Origin: Pseudomonas sp.
GTDB lineage: Bacteria > Pseudomonadota > Gammaproteobacteria > Pseudomonadales > Pseudomonadaceae
Reading direction: 5' to 3'
Length of the DNA: 64,000 nt
Assembly (NCBI GenBank): GCA_049840615.1
Contig: JASGKM010000007.1
Span: 31,849 to 95,848, forward strand
Numbering within the stretch: position 1 is the first letter of the stretch; every line of letters begins with the position of its first letter. The notes below the pieces were generated by a model, which was given only the letters and a program-made list of their open reading frames with translations, had not been told where the DNA came from and made no database searches. The translations under genes and the position numbers were made by a program. Shown here one piece after another: positions 42,252-53,062 of this stretch.

Positions 42252-45200
42252 TCAATGAGGCTTTTCGAAAGGTTTCTCGAAGGTGATGGCCGGACTCTGC
42301 CACGGGCCCTTCACGCTGTACTGCACACTGGCAAAACGCGCGACCTTGTCACCCAGCAGCTTGTCCACGACGAACAGCGCACCGCCAATGGCCGGAGCAC
42401 CGACGATCAGCGCCGCCAGCGGCAGGTTGTTGGTCACCGGCAGGGTCACCAGCAGCTTGGCGTCGATCTGGTCGTGGGCCAGGTCCAGCGTGCCGTTGAG
42501 TTCCAGGTTGCTCGACGGACCATCCAGGCGCAGCGGCTCACGGGTGAAGAACACCCCGTCGGTGGCGGTGAGCACGCCCTTCACCCGGTCGTAGCTCAGG
42601 CCCTTGCCGAGCAGGTCGGAGAAGTCCAGGCGCAGGCGGCGGTTGATGGCGTTGAAATTCAGCAGACCGAACACGCGCAGGGCATTGGCGCCGCCCTCGA
42701 CTTCGACGAACTGGCCCTTGCGCAGGCTAGCGTCGAGGGTGCCGCCGAAGCGCCGCAAGTTCAGCGCCGCCGGCGAGCCCGGCCAGTTGCCGTTGATGTC
42801 CACACTGAAGCGCTCGCTGGTCACGCTGGGCGCGAAGTCCCAGGCCTTGAGCACATCCCCCAGGTTCTTGCCCTCGAGCTTGCCCTGGAAGGTGCTGCGC
42901 GCACTGGCGTCCATACCGTCCCAGCGCAGGTTGCCCTTCACCGACAGGCCGCGCAGGTCGAGATTGACATCGTTGAAGCCGACGCCGGTCGTCGTCGGAC
43001 GCAGGTTGAAGCTCCAGGCACCCACGGGCTTGCCGGCCTTGAGCACCTGACGAATGCTCACGTCCATCGGCGGCAGGGTGCGCGGGTCGATCTTCGCCAG
43101 CGGGTCCGGCGCTTCCACCGCTTTCTCGGAATCGATGGCCTCGCCCTTGGGCAGGTCGATACGGTCCAGGGCGATCTGGATCGGCTTCACCTTGCTGTCG
43201 GGCAGGGTGACCTTGCCGGAGACCAGCGAGCTGACCAGCCCGACCTGCCAGCTGCTGTCGACGCGCGCCAGGTCCAGCGTGAGGTTCTCCAGGGTCTGGC
43301 CGAAGCCCTTGAAGCGGGCGATCTGCAGGTCTGCGCCCCGCAACAGACCTGCGGCGCCCTCGACCCCGGTGTTGGAATACTTCTTCGCGACGGCCATCCA
43401 GGCATCGGCGTCGACTTCGTCGATCTTGCCGCGCACCTGCACGCCATTCCAGTTGGGTAGTACGGCCGGATCGCCACCCAGGCGCAACACGCCACGACCG
43501 GCAAGCGGTTGGTCAGCCGGCGCGGCGTAGGCCAGGCTGGCGCGGTCGCCATAAGTCGCCCAGTAGCGACGCTCGGCACCGTCCAGGGTCATACGCCACT
43601 CGCTCTCGCGGGTTTCCTGCGCGGCCTTGCCCAACGGCGCCGGCAAGTCGATGGTGACACCCTGCAGGTTCGAAGCGACCTGCAACTGGCTGTCCTTGCC
43701 ATCGAGCAGCAGGTTGAGCTGGAACGGCACCCGGCCATCCACCGGCAGTTGCTGCTGTACCTTGCCCCAGTCGAGCAGGGACTTGATCGATACCAGACCA
43801 CCGACCAGCACTCGCGTACGCGGTACGCCGTTGCGACCTTCGGCACGAATGCTGCCGGTGATCCGGCTACCCAGCACCTGGGCGGCGACGTTCTGCCCGC
43901 TCAGGCCGCTATCGGTGTCGTAACGGAACTTGCCCTTGACCTGTTCGAGGTTCAGTTCGGGCTTGGCGATCTTCAGCTTCGCCTTGTCGGTGTCGAAGTC
44001 GACTATGACCCGCGCCTTGCTCGCCTCCCCCTTGGCCAGGGGAATGTCGAGATTGAGGTGACCGTTCAGGTCGCCGGAGCCTTCCCAGCCGGCGAAGGTA
44101 TGAGTCGCGCCGATCGGCGAATCCTGGAGGATCTTCAGGCCATCGCCGAGGTTGCTGTCGATGTCGCCATTCACGTGCAGATGGGCGACCTCGCCCGGAT
44201 CAGAGTGAGGAATCTCTACCGAAACATCGCGCACCTGACTGTTGAGAATCTGCCCGCTGGTGGCATTGATGCTGACGCCAGTGTCCTCGACCCGCACCTC
44301 GCCCTCGGCCTTGCTCAGGCCGGGCCAGCCGGGCTGGTAGTCGAGGACGCCGTCATGGACCTTGAAGTACAGAGTCATGGCATGGGCCTCAGGCGCCGAG
44401 CCTTTCTGCAGCGAGCCCTGCCAGAGGAAGTAGCCTTGTTCGATCCGGCCGCTCTTGATCGAGCCCTTGAGCCAGGCAGCGAGATCCTTGCTCATCTGCG
44501 GGATGACAGTGGGCAGGTACTTGCTGGTATAGCGCGCATCGCCATTGCTCATGCCAACGCGCAGGTCCATGTAGTCCTCCTGCGCCGGGTCTCGCATCAG
44601 GCGGATGAGCATGTCGCCAGCGAGGGTCCCCTCTTCGCCCTCCACCTGCATCAGGTGGCTGCCGAGGGTGAAGGCTTCGTCGTTGAGCTGGAAGAACATC
44701 CGCGTATGTGCGGTTCGGTAGTGCCAGGGCTCGGGGAACAGGGTCGCCAGGTGCAGCATGAAATCCTGGGCATTGGCATCCAGCGTGCCGCCGCCGAGGT
44801 TGCCGCGCAGGGTGCCGTCGACATTGGCCACCGCGGGTACGTCATGGAAAGCACTGACGCCGACCTTCTCCAGGTTGGTGGCGTAGACGGCACGCTCAGC
44901 GCCCTCTCGCTGCGGCCAGTAGTCGAAATTGACATTGTGCAGGACGCCGTGCGGCTTCAGGCCGTCGAGCCACTCGATGACCTTGTCCGGCAGTGGGGCC
45001 AGGGCGGTCATGGTCGGCCCCAACGGAGTCAGGTCGAGGCGGTCGGCGCGAAGCTGCCAGTGTTCCTCGTCCTTCATGCGGCGCGTCAGCTCCAGCTCCA
45101 CTTCACCCCAGCGAGTTTCACCGAGGTTCGCCGCCAGATCGGCAACGCGCAGGTCAAAATCGTCGCCATTGCGCTGGAAGAACAGGCTGACGCCCAAGTC

Positions 45201-46070
45201 GCTCAGACTCACCGGCTTGCGGTCACCCAGTGCAGCATCGATCTTCGGCGCGTTCAGGCGCACTACTGCAGAGACTGGCACGCCCTTGTCGAGGGTCGCC
45301 CAGAACTCACCGCCGGCCTTGGCCTGGGTCAGCTTCCAGGCACCGGTGAGACGCTCGGGCAGCCACTTGGCCCAGTCGGCCTGCGGCAGGCTGAGGTACA
45401 GCTGAGCCGAACTCTTAGCCCAGTCTTCCCGGTTCAGACGGGTTTCCAGGCGCGCCGCCACCGGCTCTCCGCCGGGCAGGCTGAAGCGTGCCTCCAGTCG
45501 CTGGCGGCTGCCGCTGCGCAGGGTCATGCCGACGTAGCTCAGCGACAGTGGGTTGGCCTGCTGCGGCAGCACGGTCAGCTGGCTGTCCATCAGCGACAGG
45601 CGACGCGGGGTCAGCAACAGGTCGATGAGCTTGCGCGGGTCGGTGTCGCCGCCACGGCTGGGCAGGCCGTCGGCGTGCCACTTGCCCTCTTCGTCCTCGC
45701 GCAGGGTCAGGTGCAGGCCTTCCAGTTCCAGGCTGTCGATGCGCGGCTGGCGCGCCATCACGCTGCCGAGAATGTCCGGAGTCAGGCGCACCCGCTCCAG
45801 GCGCAGCGAATCGTTGCCCTGGCCCAGTTGGATGTCACGCACCACGATGATCGGGCTGAAGGCGTGCCAGTGACCTTCCAGAGCGCCGATGCTCACCGGC
45901 AGGCCGAGCTGCTGGCTGGCCTGCTGCGCCAGATCGTCGCGATACTCCGCCACCAGCGGCACCAGTTGCCGGCCCAGGCTGACGTACAGCGCGAGCAGCA
46001 CCAGGCCCAGGGCCAACAGGCCGAGGACAAGGCGCAAGGTGGAGGCGAGCAGGCGGCCGGCGTTTTCCAT
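42252..46070 (-). CDS. yhdP: YhdP-family (AsmA-like) envelope phospholipid transport protein
   Basis: 1272 aa with an N-terminal TM anchor. Long beta-rich repeat architecture and a C-terminal membrane segment. Conserved position next to rng. Confidence 0.88.
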   Translation of the reverse strand: MENAGRLLASTLRLVLGLLALGLVLLALYVSLGRQLVPLVAEYRDDLAQQASQQLGLPVSIGALEGHWHAFSPIIVVRDIQLGQGNDSLRLERVRLTPDILGSVMARQPRIDSLELEGLHLTLREDEEGKWHADGLPSRGGDTDPRKLIDLLLTPRRLSLMDSQLTVLPQQANPLSLSYVGMTLRSGSRQRLEARFSLPGGEPVAARLETRLNREDWAKSSAQLYLSLPQADWAKWLPERLTGAWKLTQAKAGGEFWATLDKGVPVSAVVRLNAPKIDAALGDRKPVSLSDLGVSLFFQRNGDDFDLRVADLAANLGETRWGEVELELTRRMKDEEHWQLRADRLDLTPLGPTMTALAPLPDKVIEWLDGLKPHGVLHNVNFDYWPQREGAERAVYATNLEKVGVSAFHDVPAVANVDGTLRGNLGGGTLDANAQDFMLHLATLFPEPWHYRTAHTRMFFQLNDEAFTLGSHLMQVEGEEGTLAGDMLIRLMRDPAQEDYMDLRVGMSNGDARYTSKYLPTVIPQMSKDLAAWLKGSIKSGRIEQGYFLWQGSLQKGSAPEAHAMTLYFKVHDGVLDYQPGWPGLSKAEGEVRVEDTGVSINATSGQILNSQVRDVSVEIPHSDPGEVAHLHVNGDIDSNLGDGLKILQDSPIGATHTFAGWEGSGDLNGHLNLDIPLAKGEASKARVIVDFDTDKAKLKIAKPELNLEQVKGKFRYDTDSGLSGQNVAAQVLGSRITGSIRAEGRNGVPRTRVLVGGLVSIKSLLDWGKVQQQLPVDGRVPFQLNLLLDGKDSQLQVASNLQGVTIDLPAPLGKAAQETRESEWRMTLDGAERRYWATYGDRASLAYAAPADQPLAGRGVLRLGGDPAVLPNWNGVQVRGKIDEVDADAWMAVAKKYSNTGVEGAAGLLRGADLQIARFKGFGQTLENLTLDLARVDSSWQVGLVSSLVSGKVTLPDSKVKPIQIALDRIDLPKGEAIDSEKAVEAPDPLAKIDPRTLPPMDVSIRQVLKAGKPVGAWSFNLRPTTTGVGFNDVNLDLRGLSVKGNLRWDGMDASARSTFQGKLEGKNLGDVLKAWDFAPSVTSERFSVDINGNWPGSPAALNLRRFGGTLDASLRKGQFVEVEGGANALRVFGLLNFNAINRRLRLDFSDLLGKGLSYDRVKGVLTATDGVFFTREPLRLDGPSSNLELNGTLDLAHDQIDAKLLVTLPVTNNLPLAALIVGAPAIGGALFVVDKLLGDKVARFASVQYSVKGPWQSPAITFEKPFEKPH

Positions 46071-46223
46071 GTCAGCCGGTTACCGGGGTACGAAGGATCA
46101 TCGGGCGGCCTCCCAGCCATGAGCAGTCGAACAGGGTCTGACAGTGTGGATCAGACAAAGCTCCGGAAAACCCCACTGCAAGGCGCTCCTCGACTGCCAG
46201 CCCCCTGCCCTGCGACACACTGC

Positions 46224-47680
46224 TCAAAGCAGGACAACGTCGTACTGCTCCTGGGAGTACATGGCCTCGACCTGGAACTTGATGGGACGACCGATGAACA
46301 ATTCCAGGTCCGCGACGTTGCCCGACTCCTCGTCGAGCAGGCGATCCACCACTTTCTGGTTGGCCAGCACCAGGTAGGAGTTGGCCTGGTAGGCCCGCGC
46401 CTCGCGGAGGATCTCGCGGAATATCTCGTAGCAGATGGTTTCGGCGGTTTTCAGGTTGCCGCGGCCCTGGCAGCACGGGCAGGGCTCGCAGAGTACCTGC
46501 ACCAGGCTCTCGCGGGTACGCTTGCGGGTCATCTGCACCAGGCCAAGCTCGGTGATGCCGATGATGTTGGTCTTGGCATGGTCGCGCTCGAGCTGCTTCT
46601 CCAGGGTCCGCAGAACCTGGCGGCGATGCTCTTCGTCTTCCATGTCGATGAAGTCGATGATGATGATCCCGCCCAGGTTGCGCAGGCGCAGCTGACGGGC
46701 AATGGCGGTGGCCGCCTCGAGATTGGTCTTGAAGATGGTTTCTTCGAGGTTGCGGTGACCGACGAAGGCGCCGGTATTGACGTCGATGGTGGTCATCGCC
46801 TCGGTCGGGTCGATGATCAGGTAGCCGCCGGACTTGAGCAGCACCTTGCGCTCCAGCGCCTTCTGGATCTCGTCCTCGACCCCGTACAGGTCGAAGATCG
46901 GCCGCTCGCCCGGATAGTGTTCCAGGCGATCGGCGATTTCCGGCATCAGTTCTTCGACGAACTGCGTGATCTTCTGGAAGGTCTCCCGGGAATCGACGCG
47001 GATCTTCTCGATGTGCGGATTGACCAGGTCGCGCAGGGTGCGCAAGGCCAGGGCAAGATCTTCGTAGATCATCGTTGGCGCGCCGACGGTCTGGATCTGA
47101 GCGTCGATCTGGTCCCACAGGCGGCGCAGGTAGCGGATATCGGCAAGGATTTCGTCCTCGCCGGCGCCTTCGGCCGCAGTGCGCAGGATGAACCCGCCCG
47201 CTCGTCGATCCTTCCGCCTCCACGCATTTGGCGACCACCTGCTTGAGGCGCTCGCGCTCATGCTCGTCTTCGATTTTCAGGGAAATGCCGACATGGCTGG
47301 TGCGCGGCATATAGACCAGGTAGCGCGAGGGGATCGACAGGTGAGTGGTCAGACGTGCGCCCTTGGTGCCGATCGGGTCCTTGGTGACCTGCACCACCAG
47401 GCTCTGCCCTTCGTGGACCAGCGCCCTGATGCTTTCCACGCGCGCTACCTTCGCGGGTGGAAATTTCCGCGGCATGAATGAAAGCCGCACGCTCAAGGCC
47501 AATATCGACGAAGGCCGCCTGCATACCCGGCAGCACGCGCACGACCTTGCCTTTGTAGATGTTGCCGACGATCCCGCGGCGCTACGTGCGCTCGACGTGG
47601 ACCTCCTGCAGGACGCCGTTTTCCACCACCGCCACGCGCGATTCCATCGGCGTGATATTGATCAGGATCTCTTCGCTCAT
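46224..47680 (-). pseudogene. rng: ribonuclease G, disrupted as sequenced (in-frame TAG plus two frameshifts)
   Basis: ATG at 47680 (MSEEILINITPMESRVAVVENGVLQEVHVERT), then TAG at 47584-47582, then RRGIVGNIYKGKVVRVLPGMQAAFVDIG. Frame shifts occur near 47441-47446 and near 47210. All three frames carry conserved RNase G sequence. Total 1457 nt, not a multiple of 3. Confidence 0.85.
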
Positions 47681-47728
47681 GCGCCCTCTCCTTATCGCAC
47701 CCGGAGTCTTGCCAGCGCTAGTTTCCGA

Positions 47729-48318
47729 TCAAGACTGCCAGCTGGGGATGGAGAAGTCAGCCAGCAATGCCGAGGTTTCGCAAAGAGGCAGGCCGACCAC
47801 AGCGCTGAATAGCTGCCCTCGACGCGGCTGACAAAGACCGCCGCGAGCCCCTGGATAGCATAGCCACCGGCCTTATCCTGCAGGCTCGCCGGTTTCCCAG
47901 TAGCGCTCGGCCTCCTCAGTGGAAATCTCGCGGAAGCTCACGCGGCTGCTGACCACGCGGGCTTCGCAGCGATCCCGGTCGGCTACCGCCACGGCGGTCA
48001 GCACCTCATGCTCGCGGCCGGACAGGGCCATCAGCATGGCCAGGGCGTCGTCGCGACCCACCGGTTTGCCGAGGATTCTGACCATCCAGCACCACGGCGG
48101 TATCGGCGCCCAGTACGCAGACATCGGCACGCTGGGCGAGGAAATTCAGCCCGGCTTGCGCCTTGCTGCGCGCCAGGCGCTCGACGTAGGCGTACGCCGA
48201 CTCGCGGGACTCAGGCGTTTCATCGATGTACGCAGGCACGATATCTGAACGGCACGCCGATCTGGGTGAGCAGCTCGCGGCGACGCGGCGAACTGGAGGC
48301 AAGGTACAGCTGGGCCAT
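47729..48318 (-). pseudogene. maf: Maf-like nucleoside triphosphate pyrophosphatase, disrupted as sequenced (four frameshifts)
   Basis: Conserved Maf sequence has to be read in frames 0>1>2>0>2: [24 protein letters not shown] / [12 protein letters not shown]...[13 protein letters not shown] / [15 protein letters not shown]...YWETGEPA / [25 protein letters not shown] / VVGLPLCETSALLADF. Total 590 nt. Confidence 0.85.
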
Positions 48319-48374
48319 CAGGGACTCCGAAGCGGACGCGCAAGCAGGTCCGGCGATCCCCCGCTAGGGGGCGA

Positions 48375-48881
48375 TCAGTTGATTTTCAGGCGCAACCGCA
48401 GGCCCCGCAGCAGTGTATAGACCCAGGGCCAGAGCAGCGCGCTGACCAGAGCCGGCAGGAGGAACACCAGGGTCGGCTGGCGGTTGCCGGTCAGGGCGCT
48501 GATCCACAACTGGACCAGTTGGGCGAGACCGAATACCACCAGCAATACCAGGCATTGCTGCCAGATGGGGAACATGCGCAGGCGCTGGTGCAGCGACAGC
48601 ACCAGGCAGATGATCAGGCTGAGGATCAGGGCGTTCTGCCCCAACAGACTCCCGTAGAGCACGTCCTCGGCAACGCCAAACACCCAGGCGGTCAACATGC
48701 CGACCTTGTGCGGCAGGTCGAGCACCCAGTAGGTGAGGAACATCGCCAGCCACAACGGACGACCGATCTCCATGAAGCTCGGCATGGGCGCCACCGACAG
48801 CAGCAGCGCCGCCAACAGGGTGAGCCAGATGCCCCAGCCGTTGTTCGACCCTGAGCCGCCATCAGTGACGGGTCCTTGCAT
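48375..48881 (-). CDS. mreD: rod shape-determining protein MreD (5' end uncertain)
   Basis: The in-frame ATG at 48881 gives 168 aa (GWGIWLTLLAALLLSV..., polytopic). The classic TGATG-coupled ATG at 48862 is out of frame with the body, so a further 1-nt lesion near 48835-48845 is possible. Confidence 0.75.
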   Translation of the reverse strand: MQGPVTDGGSGSNNGWGIWLTLLAALLLSVAPMPSFMEIGRPLWLAMFLTYWVLDLPHKVGMLTAWVFGVAEDVLYGSLLGQNALILSLIICLVLSLHQRLRMFPIWQQCLVLLVVFGLAQLVQLWISALTGNRQPTLVFLLPALVSALLWPWVYTLLRGLRLRLKIN

Positions 48882-49922
48882 CCGGGTGCGATGCCGGCGC
48901 ACCGGCAGGCGCAGCTGGGGCCGCGCCATTGGTTGCGGCCGGATGGGCGGGCGGCGCGGCGGGAGCAGCAGGCTGCGCACCATCCTGCGGCTGGGCTGCA
49001 GGAGTACCCGGCGCGGGTTGCGCTGGCGTGCCGGTCTCGGCTGCCTTGCGGTCGGCCTCTTCCTGAGCTTCGGCGGCATCGGTGGCACGCTGTTCGGCGG
49101 TGCGACTGTCACTGAACACCAGCAGTACGTAGCGGCTGCGGTTCATCGTGGCGGTCGGCACGGCACGAATGATGGCGAAAGGCTGACCGTGTCGTGCATC
49201 ACTTCCTTGACCATCGCCACCGGATAGCCGGCGGGGAAACGCTGGCCAAGGCCGGAGCTGACCAGCAGGTCCCCTTCCTTGATATCGGCGGTATCGGCGA
49301 CGTAACGCAGTTCCAGGCGTTCCGGGTTGCCGGTGCCCACGGCAATGGCACGCAGGCCATTGCGGTTCACCTGTACCGGAATGCTGTGGGTGGTATCGGT
49401 CAGCAGCAGCACGCGGGCGGTGTAAGGCATCACCTCGACCACCTGCCCCATCAGACCACTGGCGTCGAGCACCGGTTGGCCCTGGAACACGCCGTCCTTC
49501 TCGCCCTTGTCGATCAGGATGCGCTGGGTGAAAGGGTTCGGGTCGACACCGATCAGTTCGCCCACTAGCACCTTGTCATCGACCAGTGCGGAGGAGTTGA
49601 GCAGCTCGCGCAGGCGCACGTTCTGTTCGGTCAGGGCGGCCAGCTTCTGCAGGCGGCGCTGCATCAGCAGCTGCTCGGCCTTCAGGCGCTCGTTCTCGGC
49701 GAGCAGTTCGCTGCGGCTGGTGAACTGGTCGCGCACACCTTCCCAGGCACGAACGGGGAAGTCAGCGATGCCATAGAAGGGTCTCAGCACGAGGCCCATC
49801 TGGCTGCGCACCGGTTTCAGATAATCGAAGCGGGCATCGACCACCATCAAGGCGACCGACAGGACGGCGAGCACCAGCAGGCGCGCGCCCAGCGAGGGCC
49901 CTTTGGAGAATATCGGTTTGAT
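48862..49922 (-). pseudogene. mreC: rod shape-determining protein MreC, disrupted as sequenced (start codon position reads ATC; one frameshift)
   Basis: An AGGAG RBS lies 6 nt before ATC AAA CCG ATA TTC TCC AAA GGG (IKPIFSKGPSLGARLLVL), and an in-frame TAG sits just upstream. Frameshift near 49187 (cac gac acg gtc, expected acN ggt cag cct ttc = GQPFAII). The Pro/Ala-rich tail ends at 48862. Confidence 0.85.
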
Positions 49923-50009
49923 GACCGGCTCCTAGCTGTGCGAAGTCGGTTTGAAGTTTCACCAGCGCGAGTCAGAAACGTCAACCGAACTTCTACCGGG
50001 CTTTCCTTA

Positions 50010-51113
<1,104 letters not shown>

Positions 51114-51131
51114 CTAACAATGACGGGGGTT

Positions 51132-51160
51132 TTGGGCAAGGCGGCAATTTATGCTAGATT
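51132..51160 (+). promoter_or_regulatory. Candidate sigma-70 promoter for gatCAB
   Basis: TTGGGC-N17-TAGATT, 130 nt upstream of the gatC ATG. Confidence 0.3.
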
Positions 51161-51289
51161 CCTCGTTTTTCGGGCCTGCCGGCCCGTCCCAGCGGCCTTC
51201 GACCGTCTGCCGCGGGTTCTGTTCCCTGCCCCCTCAATTCCTTCCGGCCAGGTCCAGTTCGAACCGGGCCGCTCTAGCTGGAGACCCCG

Positions 51290-51577
51290 ATGGCGCTTGA
51301 ACGCTCCGACGTGGAAAAGATCGCCCACCTCGCCCGCCTGGGCCTGGAGGAAGCCGACATTTCACGTACCACCGACACCCTGAACAATATCCTCGGCCTG
51401 ATCGACGCCATGCAGGCGGTCGACACCGACGGCGTGGAGCCCCTGGCCCACCCGCTGGAAGCCACGCAGCGCCTGCGCGCCGACGCCGTTACCGAGGAGA
51501 ACCGCCGCGAAGCCTACCAGGCCATCGCGCCAGCCGTGGAAGACGGCCTCTACCTCGTCCCGAAAGTCATCGAGTAA
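51290..51577 (+). CDS. gatC: Asp/Glu-tRNA amidotransferase subunit C
   Basis: 95 aa ([19 protein letters not shown]). Confidence 0.95.
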   Translation: MALERSDVEKIAHLARLGLEEADISRTTDTLNNILGLIDAMQAVDTDGVEPLAHPLEATQRLRADAVTEENRREAYQAIAPAVEDGLYLVPKVIE

Positions 51578-51596
51578 GCGAGAAGGACACGGACAT

Positions 51597-53051
51597 ATGC
51601 TGCATCAATTGACCCTCGCCGAAGTCGCCCGCGGACTCGCCGACAAGCAATTCTCCGCCCAGGAGCTGGCCACTGCCCTGCTCGCGCGTATTAAACAGCT
51701 CGACCCGCAGTTGAACAGCTTCATCACTGTCACCGAAGAAATCGCCCTGGCCCAGGCCAAGGCGGCCGACGAGCGGCGCGCCAAAGGCGAGACCGGCGCC
51801 CTGCTGGGCGCGCCGATCGCCCACAAGGACCTGTTCTGCACCCAGGGCGTACGTACCAGCTGCGGCTCGAAGATTCTCGACGCCTTTGTCTCGCCCTACG
51901 ACGCCACTGTCGTCGAGCGCCTGGCCGACGCCGGCACCGTGAGCCTGGGCAAGCTGAACATGGACGAGTTCGCCATGGGCTCGGCCAACGAATCCAGCCA
52001 CTACGGCCCGGTGAAGAACCCCTGGGATACCTCCCGCGTACCGGGCGGCTCCTCCGGTGGTTCGGCCGCTGCCGTGGCCGCGCGCCTGATCCCGGCCGCC
52101 ACCGGCACCGACACCGGCGGCTCGATCCGCCAGCCGGCTGCGTTGACCAACCTCACCGGTATCAAGCCCACCTACGGCCGTGTCTCGCGCTGGGGCATGA
52201 TCGCCTACGCCTCCAGCCTCGACCAGGGCGGCCCGCTGGCTCGCACCGCCGAGGACTGCGCGTTGATGCTCGGCGCCATGGCTGGCTTCGATCCGAAGGA
52301 CTCCACCTGCGTCGACCAGCCGGTGGACGACTACCTGGCCGCCCTGAGCAAGCCGCTGACTGGCCTGCGCATCGGCCTGCCGAAGGAGTACTTCGGCGCC
52401 GGCCTGGACAGCCGTATTGCCGATGCGGTGATGAAGGTGGTCGAGCAGCTCAAGCAGCTCGGCGCGGTGGTCAAGGAGATCTCCCTGCCCAACATGCAGC
52501 ACGCGATCCCTGCTTATTATGTGATCGCGCCCGCAGAAGCCAGCTCCAACCTGTCGCGCTTCGACGGCGTTCGCTACGGCTATCGCTGCGAAGACCCGAA
52601 AGACCTGCAGGACCTGTACAAGCGCTCCCGCGCCGAAGGCTTTGGCGCTGAAGTGAAGAACCGCATCATGGTTGGTACCTACGCGCTTTCCGCCGGGTAC
52701 TACGACGCGTATTACCTGAAGGCTCAGAAGATTCGTCGCCTGATCAAGAACGATTTCACCAGCGCCTTCGCCGAAGTCGACGTGATCCTCGGCCCGACCA
52801 CGCCGAATCCGGCCTGGAAACTGGGCGAGAAGAACAACGACCCGGTCGCCCAGTACCTGGAAGACATCTACACCATCACCGCCAACCTCGCCGGCATTCC
52901 GGGGCTGTCCATGCCCGCCGGCTTCGTCGACGGTCTGCCGGTGGGCGTCCAGCTGCTCGCGCCGTACTTCCAGGAAGGCCGCCTGCTCAACGTCGCGCAC
53001 CAGTACCAACTGGTCAGCGACTGGCACAAACAAGCACCGGCTGGATTCTGA
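51597..53051 (+). CDS. gatA: Asp/Glu-tRNA amidotransferase subunit A
   Basis: 484 aa. Amidase signature [13 protein letters not shown]. Confidence 0.96.
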   Translation: MLHQLTLAEVARGLADKQFSAQELATALLARIKQLDPQLNSFITVTEEIALAQAKAADERRAKGETGALLGAPIAHKDLFCTQGVRTSCGSKILDAFVSPYDATVVERLADAGTVSLGKLNMDEFAMGSANESSHYGPVKNPWDTSRVPGGSSGGSAAAVAARLIPAATGTDTGGSIRQPAALTNLTGIKPTYGRVSRWGMIAYASSLDQGGPLARTAEDCALMLGAMAGFDPKDSTCVDQPVDDYLAALSKPLTGLRIGLPKEYFGAGLDSRIADAVMKVVEQLKQLGAVVKEISLPNMQHAIPAYYVIAPAEASSNLSRFDGVRYGYRCEDPKDLQDLYKRSRAEGFGAEVKNRIMVGTYALSAGYYDAYYLKAQKIRRLIKNDFTSAFAEVDVILGPTTPNPAWKLGEKNNDPVAQYLEDIYTITANLAGIPGLSMPAGFVDGLPVGVQLLAPYFQEGRLLNVAHQYQLVSDWHKQAPAGF

Positions 53052-53062
53052 GGACGACACAC

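Noticed and set aside
43509-47246. Very long ORFs antisense to real genes. Examples: 43509..47246 + (1245 aa), 58121..62068 + (1315 aa), 18817..21117 + (766 aa), 8153..10093 +, 12299..13978 +, 51567..53102 -, 52868..54514 - and 30391..31665 -.
   Set aside because: Each lies exactly opposite a gene with unmistakable conserved protein sequence. Their translations are Arg/Ala/Gly/Val/His/Leu-rich low-information strings typical of stop-poor antisense frames in 65% GC DNA, and they contain no recognisable motifs.
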